Source: Dicyema japonicum (lineage: Eukaryota > Animalia > Dicyemida). Taken from it: 33,000 bases of DNA. Shown here piece by piece: positions 23,621 through 33,000 of the stretch. The stretch spans positions 1,296,999 to 1,329,998 of the forward strand of contig RDEW01000010.1 of NCBI GenBank assembly GCA_011109175.1, in the 5' to 3' direction. The notes beneath the pieces are model-generated. The model was given only the letters and a program-made list of their open reading frames with translations. It ran no database searches and was not told the origin of the DNA. A program made the position numbers and the translations under genes. Position 1 is the first letter of the stretch. Every line of letters starts with the position of its first letter.

Positions 23621-24149
23621 TCGGTTCCATCACCGTCAATTGGTTCATTTCTGAAACAGAACGAATAGGATATCAATCCGTCTCTGGATCGACTTGTGCC
23701 AGTCTCATTACTTGATTATCTCTTAATCTTTGTCTAGTGGTTCTTTAACATGTTTACTTGGTCAAACAGAATCACATCCGACCCTTAATAAGGATGGGAA
23801 TTAATCTTAGGATTGAGTGAACAGCCTTTACAATGTCAACATTCTAAGGTCGTTTAATTTGGTAGGCAATATACGGTTAAGCTTTTCTGTGTTGGAAGGG
23901 ATGAGGATTGAGTTGAGTCAGTTAAATGAGCTTTTCTAAGTTTATGTAGAGACTCTTATCGTTCTTAAAGAAACCATTTCCTATAGCATATATCAATCGA
24001 CACAAAATCATATTGGATCTAAAAAATGACAATTCACAGGTTTTCGCCACAGAAAAGTACGTGTCAGTTCCAGTTTACGTCCACAGAGTCATGTACATCA
24101 AATTTTGAAGTTTCTCCACACTTGATTTTTGATTCATTATGGGGTCTGT

Positions 24150-24340
24150 TTGTTTGGTCAATGAGGTAGCACACTATGCCTCTTCCTTGCGAAGAGGCAT
24201 GTTGAATAGCAATATTTTGAGTCTAAGTCACTTTTTGGTAGTTTTGAGAAAAGTCTGAACCAGATTATTGTAAAAATATGGTCACTGATTTATTAAAAGC
24301 TGATATTAAATTGTATAAGCTTGATCTACCATCCAATCAT
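24150..24340 (+). mobile_element. hAT (CGGBP-like) transposase N-terminal remnant
   Basis: VTDLLKADIKLYKLDLPS resembles the AFxSADIPLYKL motif of CGGBP-related hAT transposases. Confidence 0.45.
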
Positions 24341-25469
24341 TTAATAATCTACTTAATATGCTCCATGTCTTATCGCAGAAGCGAATATTGAATTAACTAT
24401 TACTCTCTTACCTGCAGATTACGTAGTCCATTTGGTTAGAGTCCCATGATGACTTTTTCTCTACTATCCACATGGTGATGTGCTAATACCTCTCACATCC
24501 AAATTCTAATGTACTCAATTTTTACATGATTTCACAATGTACAAAGTTTATGTATTACGAATTGTCCCGACAATTAAATATAAAATTATTTTACCGTTAA
24601 TGTTGCTTTCATCTATAATTGTTTGTTAAAAGTATTTTCTGTAGTTTTATAATATGAAGATCATGGTTTATGCATATTATTTTCGGATTGCTGTAATAGA
24701 CGGGATATTATAATTTAGTTTAAAGAATAGCTTTTTTATATAACTATTCCCTTATTTTTGAAGTGCAATATCGACATTTAAAAATGCTTTAACCAAAAAG
24801 ATATCGGTTTTCTTCGTTATCTTTAGTAAGAAAAGGTTAAGTGGTCTCTACATTTAGTAATTAATCTGATGTCTTTTTTTATTAAGATGAAGTTCAGTGT
24901 AGTATTGTTAAATGATTTTATTATTTTTGAATATTTTGGCAAAATAAATCTCGTATAGGTGTTCTTGTGAATATGTATGAGTTTTTGGAAATTGCTTTTG
25001 AAATTCGTTCCTTAGTTTTGTTGAGTTCTAATAGTTTTAATAATGTAGAAAATACAAACCTGTCATTAAATGAAGACTGCTACAACAAAAAACAAATTAT
25101 AAGGTGTAAATTAAATGAAATGGACAAAAACTAAAAAATAATTATAATAATTATGTTCTATTTTAGAACAATTTTATCTTTGAAATACGACAAATAGGAC
25201 AATTTCGTCCTACTAATCACACTGCTTCATCATCAGCAGGTTGCCAATTTCATTTATTTTAAATACAATTTTTTGACTGTTCGTCGTTACCTCAAAGGAG
25301 GATAGGATCTGATCGGTCAAATATAATAAATTCAAAAGGAGTATTGAAAATATAATTAATTCAAGTTTTACTTTATGGAATATGTCTAATTATAATGATT
25401 TATATGCACATGCTTATTATTATTAAGAACTCTTACATTGTAATGAAAAAACATGTGCATATCTAAGAA

Positions 25470-25640
25470 CTAGTCATCTTATTCCACGTTCATCTGTCAT
25501 AAGCAATCTCTCATAGTATATCACATCCTCTCAGTATCTCAGGCTTTTCCCGATCTTTTGAAGGTACCGTCAAGGCAATCTGAAGGGTGATGCTCGGTCG
25601 TTCATAGAATCGTGGTACTTCAGGCGAAGTAATTAATGGT
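25470..25640 (-). mobile_element. RTE-like 3' end fragment
   Basis: YFA...RFYERPSITL..ALD...AYDR..WNK parallels the FRGRRRITLPETLD region of 25790-26440. Confidence 0.5.
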
Positions 25641-25789
25641 TGTCTGTATGTTATTATAATTTTATATTAATATTAGAAAATGAAGTTTATGTTTAATAAG
25701 GAAAATAAATATCACAGTCATTGTGTTATGTCACAGAAGAGGCAAATATAGGTTATTGACTAACACTAATTAAGCAAAAACTGACATTG

Positions 25790-26440
25790 TGGAAATCAAA
25801 AGAATGAAAAGCAGATCGAGTGAAACATGGCGAAAAACAAACTTGGCTCTTTACTTGAAGACAGTCAAGATTTTGCCAGATGGAAGGCCCTCGCTTGGGT
25901 AACAATAAACAAGTTGAAGAAAAAGTGGATTGGCAAACGACGATCCTTCACATCACTTCGCTTGAGACTGTATGAAGCCTTTGTCAAGCCGATCCTAATT
26001 TACAATTCATCTACCTGGGGAACGTCCAAAACCGAACAACTTGGACTAGACACTTACCATCGAAGACAACTTAGATCCCTACTGGACTAAACTGGCCAGC
26101 AAGATTTAATAAAAGTAATCGCTGTACAAGAAATGTTGCACGGGTCCACTGAGTCTCGAAATTGCTGATATGCGCTGGAGGCTATTTGGACATATCTTGC
26201 GTATGGACTTAAGCTCTCCAGCAAACATTGCAATGGAGGATTACTTCATGTGACAGGGACCGTGTTTTCGTGGACGCCGGCGTATTACACTACCTGAAAC
26301 ACTTGACGGATATCTAAAGCTTGTGAACAAAAGTCTAAGAAGTGGGGACGACCTGGACGAGTTGAGGAAACTCTGTTACAATCAAAAAGGTTAGAAGAAG
26401 CTGGTTCGGAGGATTGTTTTGAATTCTGCACAAGTAAAAT
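25790..26440 (+). mobile_element. RTE-like LINE 3' fragment, same group as 10858-11957
   Basis: KLGSLL, RLRLYEAFVKPILIYNSSTW, LDTYHRRQLR, RWRLFGHILRM..SSPANIAMEDYF and FRGRRRITLP. Confidence 0.88.
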
Positions 26441-26779
26441 TGTAACTATTATAATTTTACTAATGTTGCTTATAATAATAATGCTAAAGCATTTTAATTT
26501 AAACACAAATTCTTAAATATATGGATTGCCGCATTTCCAATGAGTTTTTTGCATAATATCGTTGATTTCCATGAAGACTTTTTACATGTCACTGGTTTTC
26601 TTCAAGAGTGTTACTCATTCTTGTATTTAATTTACTACAATAAAGTGATTAAAAAAAAAAATAATAAATTTTATAAAATTTTAATTAAATTAAATTTTAA
26701 TAATTTTTATATAAATTATGTATTTATATAAAATATTTATCATTCATAAAATATATAAAAATAAATATAAATCCCATTG

Positions 26780-27800
26780 ATGAACTTTATAATCACAAGT
26801 TTGTTATATTAAATTTTTAGCAATTGTGCTGTCCTTAAGTATTATAGCAGTTGTTAACACTTTTACTATTAAAATATCAAATGCGACCGTTCCAACGTGG
26901 AAAATTATTATACATGACGAGTTATCCCTGTTATTTTCCGGAATCATTAACTTGAGACTGATGTACGATGAAAATGTAAGCAAATATTATTATAGTAGGA
27001 TCAAGTTATTAATTTCGATGACTCAGACGTCGAGTATAGTAATTTTGGAAATGGAGTACTTGTCTTAAAATTCATCGTTGAAAATAAACTCGTTGGGTTT
27101 AGAATTAGAATTACTGATAATACGACTTTTGTGGATAACATTTATGTCGTCGTTAGGGGTTTAGTGTTGGTTGAAAGTAGGGGATTTTATTCGGCAATCT
27201 TCTACTGACCTAACTGAAAGTTTCGACATTGGAAATTCTTATCAATGCAATTATTTAAAACACCAGTTTAGGGAACATTTTATTCTCAACGTGCTTTACT
27301 TAAAGTTGCAAGTGTTTCAAACCCTTGAAATTTCATCATTTTCCGAGCAAGGTTATTCCTATAATTATTTCGAGCTGATAATTGCAGTTCTGTATTATCG
27401 AGTGATGAACCTATTGAACCAATAACTGGTACCTAAAATTTATTTTAATTATATTTTTTTATTTGTAGAAAACACAACTCCTACTATAACTTCTCCCACG
27501 ACTTCAACAGAAAGTAAGATATCTTTATGATTAATCAATTATTGATTGTTACCTTCACTCATAGAATTGTCAACTACGACTTCTCCCATTACCACAACTC
27601 TTCCTTTGACTGAAGGTAAAATTTTTAATTTTATAAATAATTATTATTATTTTATTTAAAGATTCAATCAACACAGGTTCAAATAGTTCTAAGTGATAGT
27701 AAGCACTCATTCTCGTAAATTAGCTACTTCCTCTGAAACTCGTCCTTTTGAAGTAAGTTTCTTGATGCTTGCTTGGATGTTAGTTGTCATATTAATTTAA
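26780..27800 (+). CDS. Secreted or membrane LAMP-domain-like glycoprotein with Thr-rich stalk; exons 26780-26798, 26821-26975, 26999-27158, 27181-27351, 27375-27428, 27469-27513, 27565-27615, 27662-27676, 27724-27800 (3' end uncertain)
   Basis: Signal peptide MNFIITTIVLSLSIIAVVNT; beta-rich domain with IGNSYQC, LKLQVF and FSEQADNC (LAMP-like GxSYxC / QAF / F....C); sequons NAT, NTT, NCS; T/S/P-rich small exons; hydrophobic end FLMLAWMLVVILI. All GT-AG introns keep the frame. Confidence 0.6.
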
Positions 27801-27894
27801 CTGATATTAACATTGATTGGAGTTGGTTAATTAGTTTTCAAAACTGATATGAAATTATTATTATTAACCCAAGAACACCAATAGTTAATTTAAC

Positions 27895-28807
27895 GGTCCT
27901 TCACTCTACTTCCGGACTAAACGTACCGCTGACGCCGTCGGGAGCCTGGGATGAATGGATGAATTTGTACCTAAATGCTCCGGTCAATTGTGATAAGCAA
28001 AAGTCCTATTTGTTTTGTGTCTTCGAAAAGAAGAAAGAATCCCTTGAAAAGACGGAAGATATAAGAAGGCTTGCTTGCCTCAAGACAGCCAGTTGTCACT
28101 CGACGGGGGCCTGGATGAACGCTTTTCCATCTGCTGAAATTGGAAACCTGTTGGATGATGAGGCTGTGAGAATAGCTACCTCGCTTCGTCTTGGTCTTAA
28201 ATTGTGTGCCGAAGAAAATGCCGCTGTGGACGTTGGATCGATCCTTTTGGTTATCATCCCTTGTCATGCAAGATGAGTGCGGGTCGTTTCCCCAGGCACT
28301 CCTGCCTTAACATGACATTAAAGAATTCCCTTGCCTCTGCTGGACACCATTGCCTGTTAGAACCTGCTGGTCTTTCTCGAAACGATGGAAAACGCCCTGA
28401 TGGGATGACGACTTTTCCATTCGCCAACGGACGAAACCTGATCTGGGACGCGACGTGTATTGATACTTATTCCCCGTCTAATTTGGTTGCTTCTGCTTCA
28501 GACCCAGGACATGCTTCGAAGCAGGCCGAGGAACGAAAGAGGAGGAAGTACCAGAGAATTTTCTGAGGAGTATATATTTGTTCCATTCGCGGTGGAAACG
28601 TCAGGAATCCTTGGCCCCACAAGCAGATGAGTTGGTTTCGTAAGATCGGCTCCATGATTCAAGCTGTGACCAAGGATCCGCGAGAGACTGGTTGGTTCCG
28701 AGAACGTATCTCGTTGGCTATTGTTAGGGGAAATAGCATGGCCATTCAGATGCTTAATTTAATTTTTATTATTTTGATAATAAATTTCTTTTATTAAAAA
28801 AAAAAAA
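27895..28807 (+). mobile_element. 5'-truncated, relatively young CRE-clade retroelement with poly(A) tail
   Basis: GAWMNAFP...GNLLDDEAVRIATSLRLG, CRCG..IDPFGYHPLSC, RH, EPAGL.RNDGKRPDG, LIWDATC, AEERKRRKY, FVPFAVETSG and RISLAIVRGN. A-run at 28796-28807. Candidate TSD TTTAAC on both sides. Confidence 0.93.
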
Positions 28808-28829
28808 ATTTAACTACTAAATTAATTAA

Positions 28830-29260
28830 GTGATCTCAAAGGCCCCAATCAGAATTCTCATTTTCTCCTCGTGCGCCTTCTGGGATCCAACACAACTTTT
28901 CTGTGGCAGGGTGGTTTCGGGAAATAGGAATTGGAGAGGGGGTGATGCATACTTTTCTCATAAGACACGTCGTGGCTGTGTATTGTTGATAGCTGCACTG
29001 CTGCACAAGGCAGCAAATCCCTTACCATTTTGTCGGATAAGGTCTCCAATTGATGAAGTGCGTTTATACAATAGAGGCACGTCACCACCTCAACCAAACA
29101 GCTGTATGAAGATCTCAAGGCAACCAACCGGAGGCTAGAGGATCTGATGCTATAAGAAGTTTGGTGTGTAACAGGGGAGGATGTACAAGATTGGTCCGAT
29201 AAATTGCTTAAGTGCCGCACGTGTGGAAATATAAAAAATTATTTTTCTACGATAGTTGAT
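28830..29260 (+). mobile_element. Possible LTR-retrotransposon leader/gag remnant
   Basis: GC-richer island with QLYEDLKATNRRLEDL and GEDVQDWSDKL. Weak gag resemblance only. Confidence 0.25.
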
Positions 29261-29426
29261 TAATAATATAAAATATAAGCGATTAGGAAAATTTGAAAGT
29301 AATTCGTGTTAGCACTATCGGGGGACAAATTTATTAACTTTGTCGATTGACAGTAGACAGAGAAATATTTAGTATTCAACCGACCAAGCATTACCACGGT
29401 TGAGGTCAGAGACGAATTTTTTAAAC

Positions 29427-29830
29427 CAGTGGTTCTCAACTTTTTTTGTTCTGCAGGCCAAATCAATAATTAACAATTGGTTCGCGGGCCACAAAATTTT
29501 TTTTAAAGAAAATTAAACTTTATTAACTAATTAATGTGAGCATTGAATCTGCTTTCCTTAACTATTCTTTTAAAACAGGGACTCTAATTTGATGACGACG
29601 TACGAAAGAGTTGCATAAGATGTTCATCAGTTAATTGGTTGCGAAATTTTATTTATCCATGTGATCTGCTGAAACAGAGCTTCACAAACATACGTTTGAT
29701 CCAAAAACAGATGCATTTTCATACGCAATCATAACCAATTTGAATATTTTAAATTAAAATTCTACTCCAAAATTATAATAGTTGACATTCTTAAATATTG
29801 CGATGAGGTCTATACCCGACTTAACACGTT
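29427..29830 (-). mobile_element. hAT (SPIN/GTF2IRD2-like) 3' end with TIR
   Basis: TIR CAGTGGTTCTCAACTTTTT at 29427 with subterminal GCGGGCCA. Minus-strand ASVFGS.YVCEALFS...FRNQLTDEHL...QIQCSH*. The other end was not found. Confidence 0.8.
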
Positions 29831-30479
29831 TTTCAGAAATCACAAAAAATATTAATGATATTAATTGTGACAGTTGAGAAAAAGTTTAGGATGAGTAAGT
29901 TCCGCAAAAATCGTTTGTGCCATTGCAACGCTCTACTCACAGTTCTTCGAACCATGCATTTCATATGCGTTTGCTTTATGGGGACCAGATCCATTTCGTC
30001 GAGATCACTTTGTTTAGTTTTTTCGGTTTAACAGTGGTCTTTAGAATTAATTTAATTAACATAGAAAATTTTAATTTTTTAGAATGGTTTACCTCTAATG
30101 AAATAAAAAATAAACCACCACGCTATAATAATTGTTTTTTTCTGCCAGTATTGGTCTTATTCGTCAGGTTCTAGTATTTAAAAGTTGAACAGTAGCAGCG
30201 TAACTTAAGAAATTTGGACGTTTCTAAGCCTAGGATCCCCGAGAACATTAAAACAATGAGCCTAAAAAAGAGATATGTTCAAAAAATATACTGGAATCGA
30301 GATCAAAAGGAAAATCATATAAATGCAATTTCTCTGTTAATTGGGTTCCCTTAAGGGTAAGTGGTATCCCCACTCTTGTTATTCCACAATTGAAAATAAT
30401 ATTCCTTAAATAGAAAACAGTCAATACTTCATTTTTAACCTTGGACGAGATCAGTGAAAATAAGCAGTAATCTCACTGT

Positions 30480-30600
30480 AAAAGATACCGAAATCCTCTT
30501 TAGTAAATTACGAAATACCTTGGGAGTAACCTTCGACGATAAATCCACTGAAAAGCCTGTCATGGCTCTACGAAAGATCATAATTTGATAAAGTTAGGCA
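30480..30600 (+). mobile_element. LINE RT micro-fragment
   Basis: KYLGVTFDDK across a 1-nt shift at ~30513-30543. Confidence 0.45.
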
Positions 30601-32068
30601 TGTTGGTGTTCAACGTACTTTATAATAGCTGACGAACATCACTTTTATGGCTGAATAAGTTCCCTCAAATAGAGATCTTGTCATCAGTGATGGAAATCGA
30701 ACATTGTATAATTTGTATTGAAAAGAAGGGTCTGGTAAAGCTAGAAACCGATGTTTTATCATTTTCAATAATTTCATTCTATTTGAGACTTTCATATTAT
30801 ATTCATGATCTACGTTTTTCAGAGATGCAATGAAAGTGTAAAGGAAGTAAATTCGTCCACTATTATATCCACATTAACAGTATCATTTTTGAGTGAACGC
30901 TTTACATAAATTATCTTACTTTTTGTAAGTTTTAGAGATTTCAGTTTGGCCAAAGAAAGAGCCTGCCTGACCAGGTACCTAAATTTCGCTTGTACTCTTT
31001 AACCTTGAAAAAAGGAGTAAATAATTGATAGATTGTCGAGCATAGTCTATATGTTTACGTTTTCGTACTCTGAGGCTTTCTTCTAGACGGCTGAGTTGAG
31101 ATTTTCTTCCTTCATATCAGTTAGGGGAATAGTAGTAATTGATTTTGATGTTCCTCGTTTGGGCACAAATTTGGCAGAGGAGGCTATCCGGGAAGAGAGT
31201 GGTCGGAAGTCTTGTTTCTTTTTGGGGAGAAACAATAACAACACCATGTATTTTCGTAATTGCAACATTTACCTGATAGGATAATCAGTTATTTTACCAT
31301 TGTTCAATATTAACAGAATAAGTCTGGAAACTCAAGACCAACAACTTTTCCAGATTCTGATTTTTTCCATTCCTTCCCTCATATACAAACAATATATCCT
31401 CCCAAATATCAAACACACATGTCCAGCATAAATTACACCGTTGTCTATATTCGCACAAAGCAAACTTGAATTTAAATCAATCTTCGAATTCTGCAACAAA
31501 AAAACGCCTACCTTATTAAGGTGAACGATTAATGTTAAAACAGTGAACATTTGACGGACAAACAACGGAATTTTATTAAAAATACGAAATCGACCATAAA
31601 GAATAGATACTTGTGTACATGGAATATTAATATATATTTGAAAATAAAAAATCTCCTCTCTGGAGGCTAATGAAAGACTTTAGACAACACCGAAATGTGG
31701 GAAGAGACACCAGGATCACTTTAATTTTCTATTTTATGTTCCTGGGATTATAATTATAAGTCTGGAAACCAAATGTCACAAATCAACTATTAACAGAACA
31801 TCAAATTATTATTAACTACACGTGGATACTCCCGTGGTGTAAACGTTAGTGATGCTATGTGGAAGATTTATGGTTGTTTCTTATGTTCTTTTTCTAATAG
31901 AATAGTGTGATCGACTCGTGTGGAAGGACTCTGTTAAGAGGAAACTGGATAAACTTAGTTGTTAACAAACTTATGTGAATAATGGTAGTTAATATTTGTA
32001 ATAACATATTTTGTATGTTAAAATATACATAATACTGTTAATGATTAAATTAAATGTTTGACATCAAT

Positions 32069-33000
32069 TCATTTAATACTTTTTAACTTTTCGTCCAATT
32101 TATCCAGTGATTCCAACAAACGGTTCTCCTCTATTGAAAGAACTGATGGATCTGACTAATTAAACAATAATAACTGGTTTGTGGAGAAGATGCGGTACTC
32201 ACAAGTCTGTTCATCAAACTCATAGATAGATTGTCGTAGTTTACGTACTTTTCGGCTGCATTGAAGAAGGCTATACTGTCCAATGCTACTTAATCTCATA
32301 TTCAACTACTTGGGAGGGAATTGACTCTTGTATTCGATTTCTTTGGAATAGACGATGACTTGGGAGGATTAACCAAGTAATTGAGTGAATGAGATGATCC
32401 ATGTCTTTAATTGTATACCTGTATTACCTTCCACTCATTGTACAGGCAGGTCGTTTGTCAGAGGTTGGACTCGTTCTATTAAATACAGCTGTTTGGGGAC
32501 GTCTCTCACTAACTTCTCTCCCTGATAGAAGGCTTCCATCGAAATCAACGAGGTTAGGCATCCTCAATTGCTGGTTCTCATACAGTGGGTTGAGGAATGG
32601 TTTCTTGTCTATTATCAGAGGCACGTGGAATGGGATTTCTGTAACATCAACTACATTCCTTTACTTTTATATTTTTCTCTATAAGTTTGCACTTGTTTCA
32701 CTTCTTCCTTGGTTTGTTGTTCCATGGTATCTACATTTTCTGATGGTTCTAGTAAATGTTGAGCTTTTAGTAATTATACATTTACTTGTTTGTAATATAT
32801 TTTTTGATTGGACACGTGGAGGATGCTGATCCGCAAATCGAACAGATTTGACCTTCAATATTACAATAGTGGATACGTTCTCCTCAATGGTGGTCTTTGA
32901 ACGGACTTTCATTACTTCAATGCTGTCGAATATAACTGTTTTGGACTTTTTAAACTGTCCTGGTGATTTTTTTAAGATTCCTTTTATGATTTTACTACTC
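32069..33000 (-). CDS. CEP126: CEP126 (KIAA1377)-like centrosomal protein, 3' part; introns 32853-32876, 32764-32785, 32639-32664, 32405-32427, 32289-32309, 32152-32174
   Basis: The spliced frame gives KGILKK...DSIEVMK...KSVRFAD, DSIAFFNAAE and terminal LSIEENRLLESLDKLDEKL*. This matches my recollection of the ordered CEP126 motifs (KSILKK, RDSIE, KLRW, F..AE, LS.EEQ..LESL..L.ERL). Introns are 21-26 nt; the 5' end lies outside the window. Confidence 0.65.

Noticed and set aside
24600-25420. Exon-like pieces on the plus strand (e.g. 25167-25239, NNFIFEIRQIGQFRPTNHTASSSA)
   Set aside because: I could not link them into a phase-consistent, stop-free gene model.
26540-26731. 63-aa ORF in an AT-rich tract
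   Set aside because: Low-complexity upstream region of the LAMP-like gene with no protein-like features.
32401-32829. 142-aa hydrophobic plus-strand ORF
   Set aside because: Antisense to the spliced CEP126-like gene, which has conserved motifs and consistent introns.

Overview
This is AT-rich eukaryotic (animal-type) genomic DNA, not prokaryotic. Six compact host genes sit as islands among mostly decayed, often nested transposons: TRAIP-like RING E3, GTF3C6-like, NOLC1/Nopp140, FARSA, a LAMP-domain/mucin surface protein, and the 3' part of a CEP126-like gene. I rebuilt them by hand with 23 ultra-short introns of 21-27 nt that have very relaxed splice sites (many AAG/GAG acceptors and one probable GC donor), plus four 40-51 nt introns. 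That size range matches what is reported for dicyemid mesozoans, and a centrosomal CEP126-like gene fits a ciliated reduced metazoan; the taxon is an inference. Transposons include a near-complete R4-like RLE retroelement whose C-terminus resembles microsporidian elements (possible horizontal transfer), RTE/BovB-like, CRE, Jockey/I-like and hAT elements. One three-level nest has intact TIRs and an 8-bp palindromic TSD. Small indels break FARSA, NOLC1 and the youngest retroelements; the most likely cause is unpolished long-read error. All family assignments come from motif recognition, not database searches.
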